DNA of 64,000 nucleotides from Cyanobacteriota bacterium (GCA_046045965.1 JBJOKS010000010.1:90856-154855); one strand, 5' to 3'. Counted from the first letter of the stretch, positions 18,752 through 29,370 are shown. The notes: generated by a model from the sequence alone, not told the origin. Numbers and translations: made by a program.

Positions 18752-21028
18752 TTACCCCTGTAATTCCTCAATTTGACCAACTCTGCGAATGTTCAGAATA
18801 TCACTCATTTTTTTAATCTGCACAAATAAGTGTTCTAATTGAGAGCGATCGCGGATATCAATTCCCAAGTCCATCAACGCTGGTTGTCCCAAAGCCGTTT
18901 TTACATTAGCATGACGGACATTTATGCCTTGGTCACTCAACCGTGATAAAATATCTTTTAAGATTCCCACTCTATCAAGTGTTTCAATTTGAATCTCGAT
19001 GGGGTAAGTATGAGGACGACCATGATGTTCTATTCCCGTATTCCATCTGACGGGTACTAGACGTTCACACTCCACATTCTCCACATTATGACATCCTTGG
19101 CGATGGATAGATATACCCCTGCCTCTCGTTACCACACCAATAATAGCTTCACCAGGAATCGGCGTACAACACCCAGCTACATGATAAACCAACCCTTCCA
19201 CACCAATAATAGGTGAATCACTAGCACGAGAAGTAGTTGATGATATTTCCCTTGCGGTTTTTGATGTTGATTCCTTGGGTATAAATGGGATTACATCAGC
19301 CACAGGTTGTTGTGCTTTCACCACTTCGCGCCAGCGATTTAACACTAAGTTTAAGGTAATTTCCCCGTAACCTAAACCTGCCAGTAAATCTTCCACACTG
19401 TGATAATTGCACTTTTCGGCTACAGTCTGCATTGCATCTGATTTCAGCAAGTTATCAAAACCGGTTTTACCAAGTTCCTTCTCTAATAAATCTCGTCCCC
19501 GCGCCACATTTTCTTCCCGACGCGATCGCTTGTACCATTGTTTAATTCTATACTTTGCTGCCGAAGTTCGGGCAAAATTCAACCAATCCAAACTAGGATG
19601 GCTATTTTTTTGCGTAATAATATCCACAATATCACCATTGTGTAACCGCGTTGATAATGGCACTATCCGCCCATTTACCCGCGCCCCCGCACAATGATTT
19701 CCCACCTCTGTATGAATTCGATAAGCAAAATCTATACTCGTAGATCCGGGACTTAACGGTACAACATCCCCCTTAGGGGTGAAGACATAAACATCATCTT
19801 CAAATAGATTGTCTTTAACACTATCTAAATATTCCTGCGCGTCTTTTAAATCACTCTGCCAATCCAATAATTGCCGCAACCAAGTAAACTTTTCATCTGA
19901 ACCTGTAGGTTGACTAAAAGTAGAACCGCCGGTTTCTTTATACTTCCAATGTGCAGCAATCCCGTACTCAGCAATATGATGCATTTCCATTGTCCGAATT
20001 TGCACTTCCAAAGGGCGACCAGTCAAACCAATTACCCCAGTATGCAAGGACTGGTAACGATTGGGTTTGGGCAAACCGATGTAATCTTTAAATCTGCCGG
20101 GAATGGGACGAAAAGCATCATGAACCACCGCCAAAGCCCGATAACATTCCTCATTAGTCTGCACAATTATTCGCAGTGCAGCCAAATCATAAATTTCATG
20201 AAATTCCTTTTGCTGACGCTGCATTTTTTGATAAATGCTATAAAGATGTTTGGGACGACCGCTAATTTCCAAACATTTAATACCCGCCTGTTCCATTCGT
20301 TCCCGCAATACTTCCTTAGCTTTAGTCAATTTTTCTTCCCGTGCTGTCCGTTTTTCCGAAACGTGCTGCTGCATTTCCCGGTAAGCATCAGGTTCCAAAT
20401 ATTTAAATGCCAAATCCTCCAATTCCCATTTAATATGCCATATACCCAAGCGATTAGCCAAAGGTGCAAAGATATCTCGTGTTTCCTGGGCGCTACGGCG
20501 ACGGCTGGCTTCTGACATATACTGCAAGGTTCGCATATTATGCAAACGGTCTGCCAACTTCACCACAATTACCCGAATATCCTGCGCCATTGCCAAAAAC
20601 ATCCGCCGGAAATTTTCCGCTTGGCTTTCAGTTTTGCTGGTGAAATTAATTTTAGACAGCTTGGTGACACCTTCCACCAATTGCCTGACTTCTGCTCCAA
20701 AATGCTCTTCTATTTCTTCACTTGTAACTTCTGTATCTTCAACTACATCATGAAGAAATCCAGCTGCTATCATAGCAGCACTGCCTCCCAAATCTCGCAG
20801 CAAGCCGGCTACAGCTACTGGATGGGCAATATAAGCTTCTCCAGATTTGCGATACTGTCCTTGATGCAGTTGGTAGGCAAATTTAAAGGCATTACAAATC
20901 AAATTAACATCGTTGTGCGTTCGGTCATCTTCCGCCGTGTTGCCTTTGACTGATGTTTCTCGTAAACATTTCTTAAGCCATTCCGGAAGACTGACATCAA
21001 CTGAGGAATCAACAAGTAAGCTGCTCAT
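18752..21028 (-). CDS. relA: Bifunctional (p)ppGpp synthetase/hydrolase (RSH)
   Basis: HD motif LHDVVEDT, KLADRLHNMRTL, YQSLHT, EVQIRT, TGS and ACT domains. Confidence 0.96.
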   Translation of the reverse strand: MSSLLVDSSVDVSLPEWLKKCLRETSVKGNTAEDDRTHNDVNLICNAFKFAYQLHQGQYRKSGEAYIAHPVAVAGLLRDLGGSAAMIAAGFLHDVVEDTEVTSEEIEEHFGAEVRQLVEGVTKLSKINFTSKTESQAENFRRMFLAMAQDIRVIVVKLADRLHNMRTLQYMSEASRRRSAQETRDIFAPLANRLGIWHIKWELEDLAFKYLEPDAYREMQQHVSEKRTAREEKLTKAKEVLRERMEQAGIKCLEISGRPKHLYSIYQKMQRQQKEFHEIYDLAALRIIVQTNEECYRALAVVHDAFRPIPGRFKDYIGLPKPNRYQSLHTGVIGLTGRPLEVQIRTMEMHHIAEYGIAAHWKYKETGGSTFSQPTGSDEKFTWLRQLLDWQSDLKDAQEYLDSVKDNLFEDDVYVFTPKGDVVPLSPGSTSIDFAYRIHTEVGNHCAGARVNGRIVPLSTRLHNGDIVDIITQKNSHPSLDWLNFARTSAAKYRIKQWYKRSRREENVARGRDLLEKELGKTGFDNLLKSDAMQTVAEKCNYHSVEDLLAGLGYGEITLNLVLNRWREVVKAQQPVADVIPFIPKESTSKTAREISSTTSRASDSPIIGVEGLVYHVAGCCTPIPGEAIIGVVTRGRGISIHRQGCHNVENVECERLVPVRWNTGIEHHGRPHTYPIEIQIETLDRVGILKDILSRLSDQGINVRHANVKTALGQPALMDLGIDIRDRSQLEHLFVQIKKMSDILNIRRVGQIEELQG

Positions 21029-21507
21029 ACAAGAGAGATGATAAGTTTTTGGTGGATAAGTCAGATATAGACGAAAATGACAGCATCGTCAAAATCAGAA
21101 GATGCTGCCCTACAGATGAGTAGGAAAAATAATTTGAATATGAGTTTCTAATTACCTGTGATCATAATCCATTGCGGGGATAGAGGCACGTAAGGACTGA
21201 AAATACCTTACTGGCAAACAAAACCTCAAAGTCGGATCTAAGGCTTGCGGTTTGATTAATGTACCACAATTATATATTGTCGCTGATAATGGCAGATATT
21301 AAACATGACCACATACTTTACAATAGTCAACAGGACTTTTAGAGTAGCTCAGTTCAAGCTGGAAAAATGTGTACACTATTACCTGTTGTCGATAATTCTA
21401 CCTTTGTACCCACTGCTAAAGCTTGACTGGTCATGATACGGGCATGGATCTCTTTCCCAGAAGGGGTTTTTCAACAATATTGATCTTCTCTTCCTAAAAA
21501 GCGGCGG

Positions 21508-21548
21508 GTAGTAATAACGACAGTTGCATCTGTAGATGGATTTAAAAT
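21508..21548 (+). promoter_or_regulatory. Possible NtcA-type promoter of patD
   Basis: GTA-N8-GAC (one mismatch to GTA-N8-TAC), then 21 nt, then TAAAAT. Confidence 0.35.
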
Positions 21549-21603
21549 TAAATCTTCTTGGCGATCAAAACCTTAACCGAAAACTATCTTCACTAAAATT
21601 TAG

Positions 21604-21957
21604 ATGTCTCTAAATCTTGAAAAATATCAGGAATTCGCCACATTACTAGAGCAATTATGCTCTGATGTCACTAATACTCAACTAGATGCTCCCAGTTTAC
21701 GACAGCGTTTAACTGAGTTGCAGCAATGGTTTGTGCAGCAAATTGTATCTTTAACTGATTTAGACTCGCGGCAACAGTCCTATCAAACGGAAATGAGTAA
21801 GCAACTGCGTTTATTAGAAATAGATGTGATGTTTCTTCAAGGTGCAAGACAGTCAGCAACAGCACAGGCAAGAATAAAAATGATTGAAGAACGGTTTAAA
21901 AATTTAATTAGATATTGTCAGGCTATTTTGCAAGCAGATGAGAATGGAGAAAAATAA
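21604..21957 (+). CDS. patD: Heterocyst frequency control protein PatD
   Basis: SYQTEMSKQLRLLEIDVMFLQGARQ motif; divergent from the RSH gene as in Anabaena. Confidence 0.8.
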   Translation: MSLNLEKYQEFATLLEQLCSDVTNTQLDAPSLRQRLTELQQWFVQQIVSLTDLDSRQQSYQTEMSKQLRLLEIDVMFLQGARQSATAQARIKMIEERFKNLIRYCQAILQADENGEK

Positions 21958-22051
21958 ATGAAAAATAAATACTGCTGCTTTTTTTAGCATATTTTATGGT
22001 AGGTTGGTTGCAACTACAGGGCAACCTAACCTAAGTAAGCAAAGAATTTAT

Positions 22052-23287
22052 ATGTTTACTAGAATACGAAATCTGTTAAGTGGATTTTTTAAGAACTCCA
22101 AAACAATCAACAACGAACCACTCAATAAAGTGAGTTTGATTGTGATTATTTTAGTCGATATTTTTATTTTAATCAACGTTTTTACAGGTTTAGAGGATAT
22201 TAGTAGATGGTATCTTAGCCCCTACCAAGCTTATCCATGTTATTCAGAATGGGATAATTATAATCGAGCAACTGCTAAAGATAAAGATTATGAAATCATC
22301 AGAAATTCAATAGCATACAATAATAATCAACCCAAGTTTAGAGAAACATATCAACAGAAAGAAGTCGGACATTTGGGTAAGGTTTCGGAAATATGTCTGA
22401 GCTATGGCGAATCCAAAGATACCCTAAATAATGGAAAAAATCAGAAAAATATCACAGCTATAAATCAGACACAAGATAAAATTAATAAACTAGAACAAGC
22501 AAATACAACTATTCGTAATCAATATGATTCCACACTCTTAGATAAAATTGCCGGACAATCTTCGGGAAATTCCATTAATCAAGTTAGGGCTGAAAAAGCT
22601 AAACAAGAATTAGATAAAAATAACCAGCAAATTTCCCAACTAAAACAGGAAATTAACAATCTCAAAAATCAGCTTCTGAATCAACCAGAAAGTCTTAATT
22701 TTATATCTTTTCTTCAAGATAACAGTAAATTTGCCACACTTGAAAAAGGCTATAAAAGTGCCTCATTCTGGTATCCTAGTATTCAGTTTACTTTTCAATC
22801 AATCTTTCTCCTACCTCTAATTCTCATTGCTTTATTTGTCCATAGAGTAAGCCAAAGTAGAGGATATGGACTCATAGCCTTAATTAGCTGGCATTTGCTG
22901 GTCATATTTTTAATTCCGCTGATTCTCAAAATATTACAATTTCTGCAAGTTGGCGTAATATTTCAATTCTTATTTGATCTTGTTAGCACCCTATTTGGTG
23001 GGTTGCTGTTCTTAATTAGTTATGTTTATATCTTGTTAATTCCTCTGCTGGGTTTTGGAATTATCAAGTTTTTTCAAACCGTTGTTTTTAATACCAAATT
23101 TCAAGCTGCGAAAAGAGTTCAAAAATCACAATGTATCAACTGTGCAAAAACCATTAAATCCCATGATGCCCATTGTCCACATTGCGGTTATTATCAATAT
23201 GTAGAATGCCACAACTGCCATAATTTAACTTACAAAAAGTTGCCTTATTGTTATCATTGTGGAACTGAGCAAAATTATACGGAGTGA
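22052..23287 (+). CDS. Membrane protein with coiled coil and C-terminal double zinc ribbon
   Basis: N-terminal TM, Q/N/K-rich coiled coil, about four TMs, four CxxC pairs; probable ATG 22052. Confidence 0.75.
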   Translation: MFTRIRNLLSGFFKNSKTINNEPLNKVSLIVIILVDIFILINVFTGLEDISRWYLSPYQAYPCYSEWDNYNRATAKDKDYEIIRNSIAYNNNQPKFRETYQQKEVGHLGKVSEICLSYGESKDTLNNGKNQKNITAINQTQDKINKLEQANTTIRNQYDSTLLDKIAGQSSGNSINQVRAEKAKQELDKNNQQISQLKQEINNLKNQLLNQPESLNFISFLQDNSKFATLEKGYKSASFWYPSIQFTFQSIFLLPLILIALFVHRVSQSRGYGLIALISWHLLVIFLIPLILKILQFLQVGVIFQFLFDLVSTLFGGLLFLISYVYILLIPLLGFGIIKFFQTVVFNTKFQAAKRVQKSQCINCAKTIKSHDAHCPHCGYYQYVECHNCHNLTYKKLPYCYHCGTEQNYTE

Positions 23288-23417
23288 ACCCTACAAAATA
23301 TTTTAACTACAATCAAAAGCATAATTATGAACATCTAACACCTACTTTTGCTAATCTGCTAGACTATCCTAAATTTACGTTTTATATAAACAGGCAGCGC
23401 ACAGCCGATAATTAACT

Positions 23418-25064
23418 ATGAGTGAAACCTTATTTAGTATTGAAAATCTCCGTGTAGCTTATCCCCAACGTAGCGGGGAAGAAGAAAACTGGGCAGTTGA
23501 TGATGTATCTTTTGCACTGCAACCAGGTGAAAAAATGGGGTTGGTAGGTGAGTCCGGTTGTGGTAAATCCACTATTGGACGGGCAATAATGCGTTTGTTA
23601 CCTGCCTCTAGTCGCGTTGAAGGCAAAGTAAATTTTCTAGGAGAGTCGGTATTAGATTTAACGCCTATGCAAATGCGGAAATTTCGCGGTGAAGTTGTAG
23701 CTTTGGTTTTTCAAGATCCAATGACGCGATTAGACCCATTAATGACCATTGGTAATCATTGTTTAGAAACCCTAGCAGCGCATTCACCGGAATTATCGAA
23801 ACAGCAAGCGAAGGAAAAAGCTTTAGCAACTTTAGCAAAGGTGAAAATTCCTGCAAGTCGTTGGAGTCAGTACCCCCATGAGTTTAGCGGTGGTATGCGT
23901 CAACGGGTGGCGATCGCTCTTGCTTTATTGCTGAATCCTAAATTAATTGTCGCTGATGAACCCACAACTAGTTTAGATGTTACCGTTTCTGCCCAAATTT
24001 TACAAGAATTAACGCGATTGTGTGCAGAGGAAAATATGGGATTATTATTGATTTCCCATGATTTAGCAATGGTAGCGGAATATTGCGATCGCATTGGCGT
24101 AATGTATCAAGGTAAAATGGTGGAAATGGGGAAAACGGAAACTGTATTTAAACAACCTCAACACCAATACACCCAATCTTTACTAAAAGCAGCTTTACAT
24201 ATTCAACAAGAAGAGGGAACAGGGAACGGGGAACAGGAAACAGTAATTAGAGAAAATCCAATTTTAAAAGTTACAGAACTCAAGCAACATTATACCATAG
24301 AACCGAATTTTATTGAACGTTTATTTAAAGGTGAAAGTCAAACAATTAAAGCCGTAGATGGCATTAATTTAGAATTATATCCAGGGGAAATATTAGGATT
24401 AGTGGGAGAGTCTGGTTGTGGCAAAAGTACACTTTCTCGAACCATTTTACAATTAATTCGTCCTACATCTGGGAAAGTTGAATTTTTAGGACAAGAATTA
24501 ACTAATTTATCCCGTCAAGAAATCCGTTCTTGTCGGCGACAAATACAAATGGTATTTCAAGATCCTCACGCTTGTTTAAATCCAGCCATGACCGTGGGAC
24601 AAAGTATAGCTGATCCTTTATTAATTCACAATTTAGCTAATGCTGAAAAAGCCAAAGAACAGGTTTTATGGATGTTAGAAAAAGTAGGTTTAACACCAGC
24701 AGAACTTTATTATCAGCGTTATCCCTCAGATTTATCAGGAGGACAACAACAACGGGTAGCAATAGCACGAGCTTTCATTACTCGACCTAAATTAGTAATA
24801 TGTGATGAACCAGTGAGTATGTTAGATGCAAGTGTACAAACACAAGTTTTAGATTTAATGTTGCAATTAAAAGAGGAATTTGAATTAACATATTTATTCA
24901 TTACCCATGATTTATGGTTAGCGAGATTTTTGTGCGATCGCATCGCCGTCATGAATGGTGGTAAAATCGTCGAAATAGGAAATACAAAAGAAATATTCGC
25001 TCATCCCCAACACCCGTACACACAAACCCTTCTAGCAGCTGCACCTTTACTAGCAAGAGTATAA
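23418..25064 (+). CDS. Peptide/nickel-type ABC transporter ATP-binding protein (two fused NBDs)
   Basis: Two GESGCGKST Walker A motifs; FSGGMRQR and LSGGQQQR signatures. Confidence 0.92.
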   Translation: MSETLFSIENLRVAYPQRSGEEENWAVDDVSFALQPGEKMGLVGESGCGKSTIGRAIMRLLPASSRVEGKVNFLGESVLDLTPMQMRKFRGEVVALVFQDPMTRLDPLMTIGNHCLETLAAHSPELSKQQAKEKALATLAKVKIPASRWSQYPHEFSGGMRQRVAIALALLLNPKLIVADEPTTSLDVTVSAQILQELTRLCAEENMGLLLISHDLAMVAEYCDRIGVMYQGKMVEMGKTETVFKQPQHQYTQSLLKAALHIQQEEGTGNGEQETVIRENPILKVTELKQHYTIEPNFIERLFKGESQTIKAVDGINLELYPGEILGLVGESGCGKSTLSRTILQLIRPTSGKVEFLGQELTNLSRQEIRSCRRQIQMVFQDPHACLNPAMTVGQSIADPLLIHNLANAEKAKEQVLWMLEKVGLTPAELYYQRYPSDLSGGQQQRVAIARAFITRPKLVICDEPVSMLDASVQTQVLDLMLQLKEEFELTYLFITHDLWLARFLCDRIAVMNGGKIVEIGNTKEIFAHPQHPYTQTLLAAAPLLARV

Positions 25065-25068
25065 TATT

Positions 25069-25191
25069 ATTAGTCATTAGTCATTAGTCATTAGTCATGG
25101 GTAAAATTCTCATCCATTACCCATTACCCATTACCCATTACCCATTACCCATTACCCATTACCCATTACCCATTACCCATTACCCATTACC
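25069..25191. repeat. STRR tracts (TTAGTCA, CCATTAC)
   Basis: Long tandem heptamer run. Confidence 0.9.
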
Positions 25192-25201
25192 ACATTAAAT
25201 A

Positions 25202-25921
25202 ATGTCTAAAAACCAGCCATCAAACCCTTACAAAAACAATATTTATCCTGCCGACAAATGGCAAGAAAGAATAGCACAAGTAGCTTATCGCTTCAATAAA
25301 GAATATCAAAAAGAAGCCTTTGAAGTCCCAAACGAAGTCCAAGAAATGCCAATATATCAAGAATGGAAAAATGGCATTTTAGCTTATAAAATTGCTTCTC
25401 CATTCTGGGAAATTGCCCAACCTCAAAAAAATCAACACTGTTTAGACATTGGTTGTGGTGTTAGCTTTTTAATCTATCCTTGGCGAGATTGGCAAGCATT
25501 TTTTTACGGTCAAGAAATTAGTAATATTGCCAGAGATACCCTAAATTCACGTGGTTCACAATTAAACTCAAAACTCTTTAAAGGTGTAGAATTAGGAGCA
25601 GCACATCATTTAAACTATGCTTCAGAACAGTTTGATTTAGTTATAGCTACAGGATTTAGTTGTTATTTTCCTTTAGAATATTGGCAATCTGTTTTATCAG
25701 AAGTTAAAAGAGTATTAAAACCAGGTGGACATTTTGTATTTGATATTCTTAATTCAGAACAACCATTAGCGGAAGATTGGGCAGTTTTAGAAACTTATTT
25801 AGGTGCAGAAGTGTTTCTAGAAACAGTATCTGATTGGGAAAAAACAATTAAAGATACAGGTGCTAAAGTAGTAAAACGGCAATCAGGAGAATTATTTGAA
25901 TTATACAAAGTTCGGTTTTGA
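25202..25921 (+). CDS. Class I SAM-dependent methyltransferase
   Basis: LDIGCG, FDLV, RVLKPGG. Confidence 0.88.
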   Translation: MSKNQPSNPYKNNIYPADKWQERIAQVAYRFNKEYQKEAFEVPNEVQEMPIYQEWKNGILAYKIASPFWEIAQPQKNQHCLDIGCGVSFLIYPWRDWQAFFYGQEISNIARDTLNSRGSQLNSKLFKGVELGAAHHLNYASEQFDLVIATGFSCYFPLEYWQSVLSEVKRVLKPGGHFVFDILNSEQPLAEDWAVLETYLGAEVFLETVSDWEKTIKDTGAKVVKRQSGELFELYKVRF

Positions 25922-25943
25922 TGAAATATTCAATAGATAGATA

Positions 25944-26537
25944 TTATTGCAATAAATCCACCTCCTGCCAAACAGAAGAACCTTCAGCACACATAAGTTT
26001 ATCACCTTGTAAAAAAGGTTCTTCTAATTTCACAGATCCCATTTTATTAGCTTGACAAGCTATATTTTGAAACTTGCCATCAGGGGTAGAAAAAATAGCT
26101 AATATATAACTTTTATAAGGTATCTTCTTCATTGGTGGCGGATAACAAGGATTAAACAAACCAATCGTTATTGCATACAAAAATTCTAAAATACTAGGTT
26201 TTCTCCTGATGAAATACAATTCAGAAACCCCCTCTTTCAAAATACCATGTAGAAACACTGAATTTTGTGTTGTATGCAGAGAATAATTGTAAACTTTCGA
26301 TTCCTTGATGTTATGAATAAAAGCTAATTCTGCCAATGATGCAGTAAATTTTTCAGTCTCTATATATTTTGCCCTCTCTTCTGGAATAAATCGCTGATTG
26401 ATCATCCTAATTTTTAATCCAGATTTACTGACAAGAGCAAGAGTACAAGCTAGTGATGGCTGAATTGATAGAGTTATGGTTAGTAGTGATAAAATACTGC
26501 TAGTGACCAAAAAATGAGTAAGTAATTTGATTTTCAT
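25944..26537 (-). CDS. Secreted protein with type IV pilin-like G/H-type C-terminal domain
   Basis: Signal peptide; KFTASLAEL..YNYS..KSY..IAC..C-AEGSS pattern; no prepilin cleavage motif. Confidence 0.55.
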   Translation of the reverse strand: MKIKLLTHFLVTSSILSLLTITLSIQPSLACTLALVSKSGLKIRMINQRFIPEERAKYIETEKFTASLAELAFIHNIKESKVYNYSLHTTQNSVFLHGILKEGVSELYFIRRKPSILEFLYAITIGLFNPCYPPPMKKIPYKSYILAIFSTPDGKFQNIACQANKMGSVKLEEPFLQGDKLMCAEGSSVWQEVDLLQ

Positions 26538-26543
26538 AGTTGC

Positions 26544-26656
26544 TATAGCAATCCTAAATAAGATATGAACACCTCTTTTTCTCTACCTCTGCGCTCTCTG
26601 CGTCTGGAGCGGTTCGTTTTAAAAACGCCGTTCATAAATCAAATAGAATTGCTATA
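26544..26656. mobile_element. MITE-like element with imperfect 27-bp terminal inverted repeats
   Basis: TATAGCAATCCTAAATAAGATATGAAC ... GTTCATAAATCAAATAGAATTGCTATA. Confidence 0.6.
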
Positions 26657-26780
26657 TATAGGTAAACTGTCTGATGATGAATCAATAAATCTTGATTAAA
26701 AATGCTCATAAATTTTGCGGTGACAGTGTATGATTTGTGAAGATTGTACCGATAATTTTAATTTTGCCCAAAAAACCGCA

Positions 26781-27278
26781 ATGATCATCCGCCATGCTAA
26801 AGAAGCAGACTTACCCACAATTGTAGAAATTTATAACGCTGCCATACCTACCCGCATGGCCACAGCCGATTTAGAACCTGTGTCAGTGGAAAGTCGCATG
26901 GCTTGGTTTCAGGGACGAGTACCCTCACAACGTCCCCTCTGGGTAGTAGAAATAGATAGTATAATTGCCGGATGGTTGAGTTTTCAATCCTTTTATGGTA
27001 GACCTGCTTACCATTCCACCGCCGAAATTAGTATTTACATTTCCCCAAACTTTCAAAAATGTGGTTTGGGAAAACAACTTTTAGAAAAAGCAATTAGTGA
27101 AAGTCCGAGTTTAGGTTTAAAAACTTTAGTCAGCTTTATTTTTGCCCATAATCAGCCCAGTTTAAAACTCTTTGAAAAATTTGGTTTTCAAAATTGGGGA
27201 TATTTGCCCAAAATCGCCGATTTAGCTGGTGTCGAACGAGATTTAATTATTATGGGTTTGCGTGTTGGTGAAAAGTAA
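26781..27278 (+). CDS. GNAT N-acetyltransferase (phosphinothricin acetyltransferase-like)
   Basis: IYNAAI, RPAY..TAEISIYI, QKCGLG, NQPSLKLFEKFGF; probable ATG 26781. Confidence 0.88.
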   Translation: MIIRHAKEADLPTIVEIYNAAIPTRMATADLEPVSVESRMAWFQGRVPSQRPLWVVEIDSIIAGWLSFQSFYGRPAYHSTAEISIYISPNFQKCGLGKQLLEKAISESPSLGLKTLVSFIFAHNQPSLKLFEKFGFQNWGYLPKIADLAGVERDLIIMGLRVGEK

Positions 27279-27287
27279 AATAGGTTA

Positions 27288-27425
27288 CTGGTGATTGGTG
27301 ATTGGTGATTGGTGATTGGTGATTGGTGATTGGGGACAGGAGGAGAATATTAATTTTTGCCTATTCCCTATTCCCTGTTCCCTGTTCCCTGTTCCCTATT
27401 CCCTGTTCCCTGTTCCCTGTTCCCT
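27288..27425. repeat. STRR tracts (GGTGATT, TTCCCTG)
   Basis: Tandem heptamers between convergent genes. Confidence 0.88.
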
Positions 27426-27431
27426 AAATAA

Positions 27432-27863
27432 TTAACGAGATGTGAAACTTTCAAAACGATATTCAGTACCAACCTTTAGCTTATTAGCATTGTGCTGAGG
27501 AGACATCAGCAGCGAAGAGTTGTAAGGATTCGGCAAATCAGGGGTGCGAAGATATGGATCATTCTGTGCTTGTTGGAAGAGAACATCGTGATAAAGAGTG
27601 TTAACCAACTCACCATCTTTAGCAATTTCATTATCAGGGAAAGTTGTACCAAACGTAGCCCCAGGACCAAAGAAAGCATCTATCTGACGCTTTAAACTGC
27701 TATTTTCGTAATAAGTACGATCATAGCGAAAATAAGCTCTATCGAAAACATTGTTGGTTGATTCGTAACCTGCTGTTTCCGTCTGAGCAACTGCAACAAC
27801 AGGAAAGGTAGTAGTAGCAAGTAGCACTATTAAACCACCCAAGCCTTGCAAATTTATACTCAT
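27432..27863 (-). CDS. Secreted hypothetical protein
   Basis: Signal peptide; DPYLRTPDLPNPYNSSL motif; RBS GAGGAG. Confidence 0.75.
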   Translation of the reverse strand: MSINLQGLGGLIVLLATTTFPVVAVAQTETAGYESTNNVFDRAYFRYDRTYYENSSLKRQIDAFFGPGATFGTTFPDNEIAKDGELVNTLYHDVLFQQAQNDPYLRTPDLPNPYNSSLLMSPQHNANKLKVGTEYRFESFTSR

Positions 27864-27964
27864 GTTTACAACTCCTCAATTTTTTTGCGGATCTTAATTT
27901 ATGCTTAATTTGAGAACTATCATCAGTTCAACCTTTGGTGTAGCACAATTTTTAACGGTTTGTA

Positions 27965-28579
27965 ATGTCGTATTCTACTGAAACATCTAACCAATCACAT
28001 ATTTGGGCAACTACTACTGATTTAACCACCCTGCGTCAGAAGTTACTAGATTTATTTTGCCAACTTGCTTATCAAGAAGGTGATTTTGTTCTCTCCTCTG
28101 GACAACGTAGTTCTTACTATATTAATGGTAAACAGGTAACACTCAACCCCCAAGGAGCTTTGGCTATAGCTAGGCTGATATTACATATTTTACCAGTAGA
28201 TACACAGGCAGTCGCCGGTTTAACCCTGGGCGCTGATCCCATTGTTTCTGCCGTCAGTGTAGTTTCTGTCTATGAAAATCGACCCATACCCGCGTTGATT
28301 ATTCGCAAAGAAGCTAAAGGTCATGGCACAATGGCTTATATTGAAGGTCCAACCTTACCCGCAGGTGCAAAAGTCGTGGTACTTGAAGATGTGGTGACAA
28401 CGGGGCAATCTGCACTGAAAGCTGTTGAGCGTTTGCAAGCAGCAGGTTATACCGTTGATAGAGTAATTTCTCTGATAGACAGACTTCAAGGAGGAGCAGA
28501 ATTATATCAATCTGCTGGTTTGCAGTTTGATACGCTCTTTTCCATTCGGGATTTACAAGAACGCTATCAGCAAATATAG
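27965..28579 (+). CDS. pyrE: Orotate phosphoribosyltransferase
   Basis: FVLSSG, RKEAKGHG, VVLEDVVTTGQS. Confidence 0.95.
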   Translation: MSYSTETSNQSHIWATTTDLTTLRQKLLDLFCQLAYQEGDFVLSSGQRSSYYINGKQVTLNPQGALAIARLILHILPVDTQAVAGLTLGADPIVSAVSVVSVYENRPIPALIIRKEAKGHGTMAYIEGPTLPAGAKVVVLEDVVTTGQSALKAVERLQAAGYTVDRVISLIDRLQGGAELYQSAGLQFDTLFSIRDLQERYQQI

Positions 28580-28653
28580 GGGACTGGGGACTGGGGACTG
28601 GGGACTGGGGAGACAAATTAAAAATCAAAAGTCAAAATTAACAAGGTTAAATT

Positions 28654-29370
28654 ATGTCTCAAAATACTATTAACTACACAATTCATAAAGCCAATTCACG
28701 GGGTCGTAGTCAAATTGACTGGCTTGATAGTTATCATACGTTTTCCTTCAGTCATTTTTATGATCCCAACCGCATGGGATTTCGTTCTCTCAGAGTAATT
28801 AATGATGATCGTATTGCTCCTGGTGCTGGTTTCCCTACCCACGGACATGGAGATATGGAAATTCTCACCTATGTTTTATCAGGTGCAGTAGAACATAAAG
28901 ATAGTTTGGGAACTGGTTCGGTAATTCGTCCAGGTGAAGCACAAATTATGAGTGCTGGAACAGGAATCATGCACAGCGAATTTAATCACTCGCAAACTGA
29001 AGAATTACACTTACTGCAAATATGGATGTTACCAGATAAGCAAGGATTAAAGCCAAGATATGAACAGAAAACTTTTCCTGTGTCAGAAAAAAAGGGAAAA
29101 CTACGCTTAATTGCGGCTAAAGATGGACGTGATGGTGCTGTAACTATTCATCAAGATATTGATTTATACACCTCTATTTTAGAAAAGGGTGATGTTGTCA
29201 ATTATCATGTCCCGCATCATCGTTATGCGTGGTTACAAATAGCCAAAGGTGAAGCAACTTTAAACGGTCAAGAGCTCAGAGCAGGTGATGGAGTGCAAAT
29301 TACTGGAGAAGAGAAACTAGAAATTAGTACAAACCTCAGCGCAGAAATCTTGCTTTTCGACTTGGCTTAA
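28654..29370 (+). CDS. Pirin family protein
   Basis: WLDSYHTFSF, GFPTHGH, MSAGTGIMHSE, LLQIW. Confidence 0.92.
   Translation: MSQNTINYTIHKANSRGRSQIDWLDSYHTFSFSHFYDPNRMGFRSLRVINDDRIAPGAGFPTHGHGDMEILTYVLSGAVEHKDSLGTGSVIRPGEAQIMSAGTGIMHSEFNHSQTEELHLLQIWMLPDKQGLKPRYEQKTFPVSEKKGKLRLIAAKDGRDGAVTIHQDIDLYTSILEKGDVVNYHVPHHRYAWLQIAKGEATLNGQELRAGDGVQITGEEKLEISTNLSAEILLFDLA

Noticed and set aside
19910..20953. Plus-strand ORFs of 201 and 137 aa
   Set aside because: Antisense shadows of the highly conserved RSH gene, with no recognisable motifs
25069..25191. Long tandem repeat as a possible CRISPR array (also 40684-40843 and 27288-27425)
   Set aside because: Pure 7-bp tandem units without unique spacers and no cas genes; these are the ordinary STRRs of heterocystous cyanobacteria
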